A stretch of DNA of 64,000 nucleotides from Minisyncoccota bacterium (GTDB lineage Bacteria; Patescibacteriota; Minisyncoccia; Phycocordibacterales; GWA1-40-21): the NCBI GenBank assembly GCA_041659365.1, contig JBAZYH010000001.1, positions 37,590-101,589 on the forward strand, given 5' to 3'. The notes beneath the pieces were generated by a model. The model saw nothing but the letters and a program-made list of their open reading frames with translations, was not told the DNA's origin and searched no databases. This document shows positions 41,501 to 49,663 of this stretch, one piece after another; the stretch's first letter is position 1, and every line of letters begins with the position of its first letter. The translations under genes and the position numbers were made by a program.

Positions 41501-41822
41501 TTACCAACTTTACTTTAGCTTTAAACTGACCCTCAAAAGAAATTTTCTTTTCTTTAGAATAAAATTCGTCGTACTTTGGAGCTGCAACTTCTAGACCAGT
41601 AAAAGACAATTCAAACTTTTTGTCTGCATAATCCTTTATTGGAGAAAATTCTTTCAAAACATCTCCTATACCTTCACTGAGAAGCCATCTGTAAGACTTC
41701 ATCTGGTGATCCACTAGATTAGGAATGTCGATAAGAGGTTTCTTGAATTTATTGAAATACTTTTTTTCAAGTTTTCCTCCCAACACTCCGTCTATCAAAA
41801 CATTTGCGGGTTTTTTCATCAT
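38595..41822 (-). CDS. rpoB: RNA polymerase beta subunit
   Basis: GDKLAGRHGNKG, GQRFGEME and RDVHPSHYGR; start taken at MMKKP. Confidence 0.99.
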   Translation of the reverse strand: MMKKPANVLIDGVLGGKLEKKYFNKFKKPLIDIPNLVDHQMKSYRWLLSEGIGDVLKEFSPIKDYADKKFELSFTGLEVAAPKYDEFYSKEKKISFEGQFKAKVKLVNKTLGTTKEQEIFLSEIPLMTDHGTFIINGIERVVVPQLARSYGIFFTLNDSKGKNFFGAKVIPARGAWIEIESESDGAIYVKIDKKRKFAISSLLRVLGIKTEKEILELFKDDEEALKVIETTILKDHAKTQDDSFLEIYKRLRDGDLASAENAKGFVDSIFNKERYDISRVGRFKFNKRFNKPMDEESLEKKNITVDDLVVIVKNIVALNNDPEAVEDDIDHLGSRRIRFVGELLQAKIRVGIAQMKRNIQDRMSTIDPDITMPVQFVSSRPLQARIKEFFTTNQLSQFMQQTNILEEIEHLRTLSALGPGGLTRERAGFEVRDVHPSHYGRVCPIHTPEGQNIGLILRLSTYARVNDFGMIETPYAKVIKGVVTDEVKYFNALEEEGFKIAHGATHYDDKGKITDDEVEVRVNGIPTLVKREEVNYIDVSANQAFSIATSMIPFLNHDDANRALMGSNMQKQAVPCVVAEAPLVATGIEAAAAKYTGRVIFSEEEGTVTAVDARRIVVKGTKSGKEKEHRLVSFSRTNGFTPFHQRPSVDLGQKVKKGDLLADTSSSVNGEMAIGQNALVAFMTWSGSNYEDAIIISERMVKNSKFSSIHIEEFVVNVRDTKLGPEVTTHDIPNVGESKLKNLDEDGIIRVGAEVVPGDILVGKITPKGETQLTPEERLLRSIFGEKARDVKDTSKRLESGKRGRIITVKIFSRENGDKLESGIIKRIHIEIAQLRNISVGDKLAGRHGNKGVISRILPVEDMPYMEDGTPVDLILTPLGVPSRMNLGQILELHLGLAANTLNYQAVVPPFMGATEKEIKEELKKSGYNESGKMRLYDGRNGQHFEQDISVGYMYILKLHHEVEDKIHMRSIGPYSMITQQPLGGRAQGGGQRFGEMEVWALLGYGAAYTLREMLTIKSDDIVGRSAAFDSIVKGERLKQPNLPASFLVLLNSMKGLGLNVELKNEDLSDDNDEK

Positions 41823-42116
41823 TGCTCTGTTTATAGTTAACAAACATTAATAAAGCTAATAAAACAGCCAAATGTTGGTTTTCCCACTGAGAAAAATAAG
41901 TACGATTTTGAGAATAAATTCTCATAAAACTAAAATACAGAAAAAAAGACACCTCTTCCTTTTAAGGTTTCTTTTTCCTCTTTTTTAGTTTTATCTTATT
42001 TTTCTAAGCAAGATATTTTTCCAACTTAATCTGGCCTATACATTTGGCGCTTTACGCCTGCAACTCATTCATATTTAAAGCTAAAGATAGTATATATTAA
42101 TTAATAAAAAAAGTAA

Positions 42117-42238
42117 AGGCTCGCTCGCAGAACTTTTCTAAAGCACGATATAAATTTTTTCGTCAAAAAATTTATTCTCTACTCAGGTAATTTTTTGCTA
42201 AAAATTACCTTCCGTAAGGCTTTTAAAAAGCTCAGCTT
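42117..42238. repeat. multi-stem structured element, copy 2 (inverted relative to 16431-16552)
   Basis: Reverse complement aligns with 16431-16552 in scaffold and loops. Confidence 0.75.
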
Positions 42239-42299
42239 CGCTCGCTATTGTGAATTCAATATCCTTGTGAGGTGAGTATTTTTAGTATTGTATTTGTAT

Positions 42300-42374
42300 T
42301 GTCATTCCTGCGTAGGCAGGAATCCAGTATTATCGTATTTGTGTCATTACGAGCAAGGCGTAGTAATCCAGGTT
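42300..42374. repeat. family B and family A variant repeats
   Basis: TGTCATTCCTGCGTAGGCAGGAATCCAG and TGTCATTACGAGCAAGGCGTAGTAATCCAGGTT. Confidence 0.8.
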
Positions 42375-42425
42375 AATTGAATTTCCCCTTATTTATAGAC
42401 ATATTTATGAATTTATACAAAATCA

Positions 42426-42454
42426 TTGACAAATATAGTAATAGGGTGTATAAT
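42426..42454 (+). promoter_or_regulatory. consensus sigma-70 promoter
   Basis: TTGACA-17 nt-TATAAT. Confidence 0.85.
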
Positions 42455-42508
42455 AGGATGTAGGAAGTAAATCAACCCCAGTAAGGTGATTTTGAAAAGG
42501 AGGGTTTT

Positions 42509-42910
42509 ATGAAAAACTGGATGCTCGGTGCACTAATGATGGGATTAGGGTTTTTACTCTTTGTTTCCGTCTGTACACGTACACTAGGTCCCTGTAATAA
42601 AAAATCAGAGACCCAGACCAAAACCGAAATCGAGGAGGTTGTCGCAACTACCTTGGGTTGGAGGGAAATCAAATCCCTGCCAGTCCCTGTTGTGACTACC
42701 AACGCGAGCATTTATACTTATGTCAGTCAGCTGAAATTCGGATTCGGTGATGGGCCGATTCACACTGCACTGATTACCAAAGTAGTGACTTTTAAGTACT
42801 GGAAAATCGGTGACGAAGTTCTCGTCGTAATGGTTCCAGGAACAGTCGGCAACATTCCGACACCAACCTTCATCGTGATCGATTATCGTCCACAGGAACA
42901 GAAGAAATAA
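42509..42910 (+). CDS. orphan membrane-anchored or secreted protein
   Basis: Consensus promoter, AGGAGG SD, hydrophobic N-terminus, terminator at about 42944-42977; GC higher than the flanks. Confidence 0.75.
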   Translation: MKNWMLGALMMGLGFLLFVSVCTRTLGPCNKKSETQTKTEIEEVVATTLGWREIKSLPVPVVTTNASIYTYVSQLKFGFGDGPIHTALITKVVTFKYWKIGDEVLVVMVPGTVGNIPTPTFIVIDYRPQEQKK

Positions 42911-43023
42911 TCCTGTAGTTCGATGAACACAATCACAAACAGCAGCACCTAGCGAAAGCGGGTGCTGTTTTCTTTTTCCCCGTCATTGCGAGAAGGTAAT
43001 CCGACGTCGCAATCCAGGTTAAT

Positions 43024-43605
43024 TTACAAAAACTTCTTAATCTTAAAATCTTCAAACAACTGTAACCCTTTAATCTGTTCTGGAGTTATTTTAGTAGAGT
43101 CATATTTAATATCAAAAGTATCAGGGTCATAAAAAGTCACATCACTTACCCCAGCTTTTTTAAGCTCATAAACTATAAGTGGTGCATGCCCTGTACATGG
43201 TATATCTATCTGAACTTTTAATTCACTCAAGTCACTAGCGAGTACAAAATTTGCTCCACTTTTTATATTTGTCATCCAAGGGAACACAACATAAAAAAGT
43301 AAAACATTTACAAGTATCATACTAGAAAAAAGAATCGATATATGTCTGACTTTATTTGTACAACATTGTTTCTTAAAATAAAAATATGAATATACAGAAG
43401 CAATAATAAAAGAGAGAATTACTGAAGCAGGAAAAATCCATTTACTAGATAAAAAGTTTTTTAAAAAAGCTGTTCCAAAACCAACCCCAGTGATCATAAG
43501 TATTGCAAAAGCAATACACCCTATATGAGGAATAATTGAAAGTAAAATCCCCTTTCCTATACCAGAACCAATATTATTTTTTTGTTTGTTTTGCTCTTTT
43601 TGCAT
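43024..43605 (-). CDS. membrane protein with C-terminal HMA-like metal-binding domain
   Basis: Three TM helices with PHIGC; IPCTGHA..GV..V ferredoxin-like C-terminus. Confidence 0.65.
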   Translation of the reverse strand: MQKEQNKQKNNIGSGIGKGILLSIIPHIGCIAFAILMITGVGFGTAFLKNFLSSKWIFPASVILSFIIASVYSYFYFKKQCCTNKVRHISILFSSMILVNVLLFYVVFPWMTNIKSGANFVLASDLSELKVQIDIPCTGHAPLIVYELKKAGVSDVTFYDPDTFDIKYDSTKITPEQIKGLQLFEDFKIKKFL

Positions 43606-43646
43606 TACTAAATAATTATAACATATAAAATAATGAAATATTTTTT

Positions 43647-43717
43647 TGTCATTGCGAGGTAGTCCGTCGCAATCCAGGTTTTATAAATTCTGGATTCCCG
43701 TCTACACGGGAATGACA
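43647..43717. repeat. family A and family B repeats
   Basis: TGTCATTGCGAGGTAGTCCGTCGCAATCCAGGTT and CTGGATTCCCGTCTACACGGGAATGACA. Confidence 0.8.
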
Positions 43718-43747
43718 ATACAAAAATCAAGGTTAAACCTTAGTTTT

Positions 43748-44830
43748 TTATTCAACCCTAAAATTCACCCTTCCTATCACCTTTCCTTTCAAGGTTAAAA
43801 TATTAACTCTCCACTCACCTAAAGAAACGCTGTATTTTTCTGAATATGTCCTGTAACCATCATCTCTACCACCGACAATCGAAAGATTAACCCTACCCGA
43901 AGTAATCCATTCTTTTTTAATTTCGTCATAATACTGCCACTCGTGTATTATCTTTGTATCAAATTTTGTCGGAGAAAAAATCGAAGTAAAAACATACGTA
44001 GGCTCACCTTCTATTTTATGATAGATCTCATAAACTCTAAAATAATCTCTCCAGGTTTTCATCTCTCCTTTTAAAATATATTCACCATTTTTATCCTTAC
44101 TAACAAAGCGGTAAACCCCCGCATCTTTCAAAGCAAGAGGTATTGGAGGAATAATATTTCCAAAATACATTCCATTCATTATTATAAAAGTTCCTAAAAT
44201 ACTATAGATTAGTCCTCTCTTACTTTTAACAAACTTTTCCTTTGCAAAAATTATAAGTATCTTAGCTATCAACCAAATAAAAAATAAACTTAATATTCCA
44301 CTATAAATAAAAACGTCATCTCCAATTCTTCCAAAAAATACTGGTAATAAATAAATCAAAAACATATATACAGAAAGAAACAAAGTAACTAGTTGTAATG
44401 TAAGTTTAGAATAATGTTTTACCCAAATTTCATTACCTATTAGTAGAGCAAATATTATCAAAATAAAAGGCCAACTCAAAAATAAGGTAGAACTTCTAAA
44501 ATAAAAAACTATATAAGTACTAAATAAATTACCAAAAGCAAACTGTATAATAAAGGTCAGCCAAAAATCTATATCGTTACCATATTCACTTTTAATTTTT
44601 CCTGCCTTAACTTTGTTATCTAAATAATGTAAAAATATAATTCCAAATACAGCTATAAATAACTGTATTAATATCCAAAGATTATTCGTAAGATTATCTA
44701 CCCTAGTTAAAGTAAGTGGTGTTATTATTAAACCAAGAATAAGACCAGAAGATGAAAAAAATCTACTATACTTTTCAAAAAGTTTTATTAGGTTTCCTAT
44801 TATTTTTTTTAATTTAATTATAAAATTCAT
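43748..44830 (-). CDS. multi-TM protein with C-terminal DUF2914-like domain
   Basis: About 8 TM helices; IPPIPLAL, IIHEW, GGRDDGYRTYS and GEWRV. Confidence 0.75.
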   Translation of the reverse strand: MNFIIKLKKIIGNLIKLFEKYSRFFSSSGLILGLIITPLTLTRVDNLTNNLWILIQLFIAVFGIIFLHYLDNKVKAGKIKSEYGNDIDFWLTFIIQFAFGNLFSTYIVFYFRSSTLFLSWPFILIIFALLIGNEIWVKHYSKLTLQLVTLFLSVYMFLIYLLPVFFGRIGDDVFIYSGILSLFFIWLIAKILIIFAKEKFVKSKRGLIYSILGTFIIMNGMYFGNIIPPIPLALKDAGVYRFVSKDKNGEYILKGEMKTWRDYFRVYEIYHKIEGEPTYVFTSIFSPTKFDTKIIHEWQYYDEIKKEWITSGRVNLSIVGGRDDGYRTYSEKYSVSLGEWRVNILTLKGKVIGRVNFRVE

Positions 44831-44878
44831 TTTTAAAATATGTAATCATAGAAAAAAATTAGTATTTGCTTTGTATTG

Positions 44879-44956
44879 TGTCATCCTCGCGTATGCGGGG
44901 ATCCAGTATTTGAATTATTTTAAAAATCCTGGATTCCCGTCTGCACGGGAATGACA
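44879..44956. repeat. family B inverted doublet
   Basis: TGTCATCCTCGCGTATGCGGGGATCCAG ... CTGGATTCCCGTCTGCACGGGAATGACA. Confidence 0.8.
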
Positions 44957-44975
44957 TACAAATAGAAAAATTAAT

Positions 44976-45482
44976 TTACATTTTTCTAGAATCATATGCC
45001 CAGTGTAATAATGTCTGCCTTTGTTTTGTTCTACAATAAATATCTTTTACCCTACAATTATTCCTTATTTGTCCAACATGTCTTCTCATCTTTTTCCATC
45101 TAGAGATTTGTTTTCTGTCTTCGTCTTGTAGCCTCCTTCCCATATAATACCGACAATACCACTGAAACCATCCTCTAGGGTCACATTCATTATTTATCCA
45201 ACCTTTCCTTCTCCAAACCAACAAAGATTGACTAGCATTTACTCCAAAATAATTTAATTTAGGGTCATGCACATCGTGACAAAGTTTTGCTTTTTTAAAC
45301 CAATCTTTTGGAAATTCCTTTTGACAATCTGTCATATATTTTCCACCAAAAACTCCAAGCTCAAGCATTTCATTAGGAGATAAATCTGGTTTAAAATCTT
45401 TATCAAAATTCTTCCCTACCGGTTCAGTAAGTTCGTACTTATAATTTTCCTGCATTAAATCATTTACTAAAATCTTTTTCAT
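44976..45482 (-). CDS. conserved hypothetical protein
   Basis: LGVFGGKY, NYFGVNASQ and DPRGWFQWYCRYY motifs of a widespread uncharacterised family. Confidence 0.75.
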   Translation of the reverse strand: MKKILVNDLMQENYKYELTEPVGKNFDKDFKPDLSPNEMLELGVFGGKYMTDCQKEFPKDWFKKAKLCHDVHDPKLNYFGVNASQSLLVWRRKGWINNECDPRGWFQWYCRYYMGRRLQDEDRKQISRWKKMRRHVGQIRNNCRVKDIYCRTKQRQTLLHWAYDSRKM

Positions 45483-45484
45483 CT

Positions 45485-46708
45485 TTAAAAACAATACTGT
45501 CCATTTTCAAATATTATTTTTTCTTTTCCATCTTTCAAATAAGCAGTGATTTTTCTATCAGTTGTACTAATAATATCATTATGTACAGAAGAATTATTAT
45601 AACCAAGTTTTTCCCAAGTATTTTTTGAAACTTTATCTGGATTTCCTATATAACAATCGTGATATGAATTACCAATAGCAATATGCGTATTACCATATTT
45701 ACCACCAAAATTTTCATCATATAAGGTATTCGCCATAAACTTTGTTATCCTTGAAAATCTTTTATCGGTCATAGAAAATTCTCCGATTTTATTTGCTCCT
45801 TCAGTAGCAATAATCTCTTTTAGAAGTTTTTCATTCTTTTCCGCCTTACTTTTTATAATAATACCATCTTTAAATTCGAGTTCTATACCTTCAATAAAAT
45901 TCCCAAAAGCATAAAGCGGCTGATTAAATTTAACATGACCATTTGTACCCCTCCAATCTGGAGAAGTAAAAATCTCAAAACTCGGGATATTTCTTCCACT
46001 ACCACCAACCCATTTTCTCTTATCACCTATCTTAATCCATAAGTCTGTACTCTCACTTTCAATATGAACTTGATCAATATCCATATTGTTTAATTTCTCC
46101 TTATAAATCTCCATTTCATCATAAACAGATTTCCATTTTGCAACAGGGTCTTTCTCATCTAAGAAACATGATTTAATTATTTGATTCCAATATTCCTTAA
46201 AAGTCATTCTAGACTCCTTAGCAATCTCCTCAGTAGCATAAGTACCCAAAGTCCAAGTAAATTTTCCTGCATTTTCTTTTTTGTCTCTCCACTCTCTCCA
46301 TGGTTTAAAAATCTTACTTCTAGACATTATTTTTTTGGAATCTATTTTTTGTAATGATCTTAAGTTAGTTTCACTATCAATAAAAATAGAATGATCAACT
46401 TGATTGAGCAAACCTTTCATATAAGAAGCTGGAAAAAATTCTACTTGATGGTCTTCAGAATACAAATAAAAATCTTGATCGACGTTATAATCTTTATCAT
46501 TTGAAGGACGGTAATCAGATATAACATGTCCACCAGCTTTCCATATAGCCCTTCTTATCTCTATATACAAAGGTTTAGCAACTTCCTGTACTATAAGTTG
46601 AACTACCTCGCCCTTTTTAATTCCAGCTCCACTACCCAAAGCAAAATTTACTAATACATTTGCATAATTTTCTAAAATTCTTTTTGACGGGCAGTAAACT
46701 TTTTTCAT
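45485..46708 (-). CDS. M29-family aminopeptidase (AmpS/AmpT-like)
   Basis: NIPSFEIFTSP, IGEF, LYDENFGG, HIAIG and SSVHND. Confidence 0.9.
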   Translation of the reverse strand: MKKVYCPSKRILENYANVLVNFALGSGAGIKKGEVVQLIVQEVAKPLYIEIRRAIWKAGGHVISDYRPSNDKDYNVDQDFYLYSEDHQVEFFPASYMKGLLNQVDHSIFIDSETNLRSLQKIDSKKIMSRSKIFKPWREWRDKKENAGKFTWTLGTYATEEIAKESRMTFKEYWNQIIKSCFLDEKDPVAKWKSVYDEMEIYKEKLNNMDIDQVHIESESTDLWIKIGDKRKWVGGSGRNIPSFEIFTSPDWRGTNGHVKFNQPLYAFGNFIEGIELEFKDGIIIKSKAEKNEKLLKEIIATEGANKIGEFSMTDKRFSRITKFMANTLYDENFGGKYGNTHIAIGNSYHDCYIGNPDKVSKNTWEKLGYNNSSVHNDIISTTDRKITAYLKDGKEKIIFENGQYCF

Positions 46709-46843
46709 GTGATTTTGTATTTTTGAAAAAATGAGGTGATGATCTTGCAAGATCATGTCGCGTAGTGTCCGTTGAAACGCGACGCAAACTAATAGAAAAC
46801 TTCCTTAAATCTTAAAAAGGTGTCTCCTCATTTTTTCTTCTCT

Positions 46844-47590
46844 CTACTTCTTTATAAATCCCTCAAGAGCTTTCAACGCTTCAACAGGAACCATATATAC
46901 AACAGTATTAGACTGGTCTGAAGACATATCATTTATAGACTGAAGAGTTCTCAAATGAAGAGCACCTGGTGTAGCAGCAAGCATCGCAGCTGCTTTTGAA
47001 ATATTTTCAGATGCAGCAAGCTCTCCTTCAGAATTAATAATAACGGCTCTCTTTTCTCTTTCTGCTTCTGCTTGTTTACCAATAGTTCTTTCCATTTCAG
47101 CAGGAAGACTTACATCTTTAAGCTCAACGTTCTGAACCTTCAAACCCCAGGCATCTGTTTCTTTGTCTACAATTTCTCTTATTCTGTCAGCAATCTTATC
47201 CCTACTTGAAAGAAGTTCATCGAGAGTAACCTCACCCACAATATTTCTCATCGTTGTCTGAGCGTATTGTGATATTGCGTATCTAAAATCCTCAACCTCA
47301 ATAATTGCCTTGTTTGCATCAGAAACTTTATAATAAATAACAGCATTAACTTTTACAGAAACATTGTCTCTTGTAATAGCATTCTGATCTGGAACATCTA
47401 CGGCTTTTATTCTAACATCTACCTTTTGATAACTTTGAAAAATAGGCAAAACAATTCTCCACCCAGGCTCCATAATTCCCGAAAACTTTCCTATTGTAAA
47501 TCTTACACCTCTTTCATATTGATTAATCTGTTTAATAGAAATCAATAATACAAAACCAACAAAAAATAATAAATCCCAAAAAATATTCAT
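46844..47590 (-). CDS. SPFH/band 7 stomatin-like protein
   Basis: QYERGVRF.IG, ITRDNVSV.V.AV, AEAEREKRA and LRTLQ. Confidence 0.92.
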   Translation of the reverse strand: MNIFWDLLFFVGFVLLISIKQINQYERGVRFTIGKFSGIMEPGWRIVLPIFQSYQKVDVRIKAVDVPDQNAITRDNVSVKVNAVIYYKVSDANKAIIEVEDFRYAISQYAQTTMRNIVGEVTLDELLSSRDKIADRIREIVDKETDAWGLKVQNVELKDVSLPAEMERTIGKQAEAEREKRAVIINSEGELAASENISKAAAMLAATPGALHLRTLQSINDMSSDQSNTVVYMVPVEALKALEGFIKK

Positions 47591-47763
47591 AATATTATTA
47601 TTAAATTAACTTATAATACATTGATTATATCATATGGGATTTCATTACAAATTTAAATTAAGTCTATTTACATAATCATCATTAAACGGCTTAAAATATA
47701 ACTATAAAAAGTTATCCACAACATATGTTTGACGCTAATGCAAAATGTTGTCATCATATAAAT

Positions 47764-47904
47764 ATGCATATTAAAAGATATTGCGAATTAAATAGAAATT
47801 ACATGCCGATCTCTCACGTCGGTCTCTTTAGTATTTATACCTCAGATAAAATGTTCAATATTTCGTTTAGCCGCGATATTTTTAAAAGGTCACGCAGATC
47901 TTAA
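47764..47904 (+). CDS. putative 46-aa leader peptide (uORF) upstream of the MFS gene
   Basis: MHIKRYCELNRNYMPISHVGLFSIYTSDKMFNISFSRDIFKRSRRS*; TTGACG-17-CATCAT-6 nt-ATG upstream; terminator follows. Confidence 0.45.
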   Translation: MHIKRYCELNRNYMPISHVGLFSIYTSDKMFNISFSRDIFKRSRRS

Positions 47905-47928
47905 AAAATAAATCTCTTTCTTAATTAG

Positions 47929-47965
47929 AAAAATCTCGGCTGAGCAAAAGTCGAGATTTTTGTTT
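47929..47965 (+). terminator. intrinsic terminator in the MFS 5' leader (attenuator candidate)
   Basis: AAAATCTCGGCT-GAGCAAA-AGTCGAGATTTT-TGTTT, about 50 nt before the MFS start. Confidence 0.6.
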
Positions 47966-48012
47966 GGCATTGTTCTTTAAACTGTTCCTTAACAACTCAA
48001 AAAAGGTGGTAA

Positions 48013-49203
48013 ATGATGAAAAAGTCAGTCGTAGTATGTTATTTATCTATTCTTTCCCTCTTCACTATGGGGATAGGATTTCACGCAGGAATTTACTCAA
48101 ACTTCTTGCGTTCTGCCGGACTAGATGAACTTCAAATAAATCTAGTAAATGTGTTCTTCTTCGTGACACTGTTTCTGTTTGAAATTCCAACAGGTATCTT
48201 TGCAGATGTGTATGGTCGTAAGAAATCTTTCTTGATTTCTTGTTCCCTACTTTCTGTATCAATGCTTGTGTATTCTTTCTCAGAAACGTTCTGGGGTTTC
48301 TCTTTTGCAGAAACCATCGCAGCAATAGGTATAACTTTCTACAGCGGTGCTTTCCAAGCATGGTTTGTAGATAGTTTAAAACACCATGGATATGGAGGAA
48401 AATTAAACAAAGTATTTGCATGGGAGAGCACGACAAGATCACTTTCTTGTATAGCAAGTGCGATTGTTGGTGGATACCTTGCAGATATTTCATATTCCCT
48501 ATCATGGCTCGCTGGAGGAATATTCTATATCATTACACTCGTGATTTCAGCAGTTGTAATGAAAGAAGAATACTTCAAACATAAGCACCACTCACTTGGA
48601 GAAGCTCTAAGTGTAATGAAGTTAACAGCAATTGGGAGTATTCGTTTCACTCGTAGAAATAAAGCATTTCGTTTTGTCGTCATTATCGGCACAATACAAA
48701 TGTTTTGTTTTATGGCTCCCAATATGCAATGGCAAAAAATATTCATTGATAAAGTAAATTTGAATGTCTATATGGGGATTGTTATGGCATTCATACAAAT
48801 CATGGTCATTATTGGTAGTCAAATATCTAGGAAAAATATTTTTAATTTTTCTACAAACGAGAAAGTAGGTATGGCAATAAGCCAACTAATAATCGGTATC
48901 GGAATAACATTCACAGTCATATTTCAAAGTTTTCCGATAACAATAGTATTTTTCTTGATGCACGAGGTCGGAAGAGGTATGTTTGGACCAATCAAAAGTA
49001 GCTATCTTCAGGAAAATATTCCTTCGAAGAAAAGGGCTACTATTGGTTCATTTGAGTCAATGTATACACATATCGGTGGGGCTTTAGGACTTGTCGCGTC
49101 TGGTTGGATTGCTAAAGATATTGGTATTCCGGCAGCATGGATCATGTCTGGCTTAATCTTAATAGTTATGAGTATCTTTGTGTTTGTTAAAAACAAAAAA
49201 TAA
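48013..49203 (+). CDS. MFS transporter (efflux-type)
   Basis: FEIPTGIFADVYGRKKS (motif A), SGAFQAW..D, about 12 TM helices and IPSKKRAT..S. Confidence 0.92.
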   Translation: MMKKSVVVCYLSILSLFTMGIGFHAGIYSNFLRSAGLDELQINLVNVFFFVTLFLFEIPTGIFADVYGRKKSFLISCSLLSVSMLVYSFSETFWGFSFAETIAAIGITFYSGAFQAWFVDSLKHHGYGGKLNKVFAWESTTRSLSCIASAIVGGYLADISYSLSWLAGGIFYIITLVISAVVMKEEYFKHKHHSLGEALSVMKLTAIGSIRFTRRNKAFRFVVIIGTIQMFCFMAPNMQWQKIFIDKVNLNVYMGIVMAFIQIMVIIGSQISRKNIFNFSTNEKVGMAISQLIIGIGITFTVIFQSFPITIVFFLMHEVGRGMFGPIKSSYLQENIPSKKRATIGSFESMYTHIGGALGLVASGWIAKDIGIPAAWIMSGLILIVMSIFVFVKNKK

Positions 49204-49230
49204 TATATGAACTCGAATAAATATATAAAC

Positions 49231-49273
49231 AAATCGGTCAGTTTTTTCTTTTTAGAAAAAACTGACCGATTTT
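49231..49273. terminator. bidirectional terminator
   Basis: AAATCGGTCAGTTTTTTCT-TTT-AGAAAAAACTGACCGATTT. Confidence 0.8.
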
Positions 49274-49295
49274 TGTCTGTTTATATTTTATCCCC

Positions 49296-49649
49296 CTACT
49301 TCCCAATCTTCCCCAACAACAAACTAAACAATTCATAAAAGTTAGATTGTACCTCAGCCTGATCCGTAGCTTTAGTAAACTTCTCCCAACAAGCAAAAGC
49401 ATCTTTGTCTTTTAGAGCTCGTATAGAGTTTTCTAGTTGTAATCTATCTTCAAATGAGACTTCTTTATTACCTCGGAGTACTTTATCTACAAACAACCTA
49501 GTAAATGATAATACATCACTATTAATTCGTTGTTTTTGTTCTATTGTATCTATTTCTTTTATAACGACAAAGTACTTCACAGTGAAGAAGACGTTGCTTA
49601 TTACAAGTGATGCAAACAATATAATTATCAAAACTTTTAATCTATTCAT
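49296..49649 (-). CDS. hypothetical membrane-anchored protein
   Basis: N-terminal TM; start overlaps the region just past the giant-protein stop. Confidence 0.7.
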   Translation of the reverse strand: MNRLKVLIIILFASLVISNVFFTVKYFVVIKEIDTIEQKQRINSDVLSFTRLFVDKVLRGNKEVSFEDRLQLENSIRALKDKDAFACWEKFTKATDQAEVQSNFYELFSLLLGKIGK

Positions 49650-49663
49650 ACTAATATATCTTA

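Noticed and set aside
42045-42058. GGCGTAAAGCG resembling a 16S rRNA motif
   Set aside because: Only about 11 nt, and the flanks are not rRNA-like.
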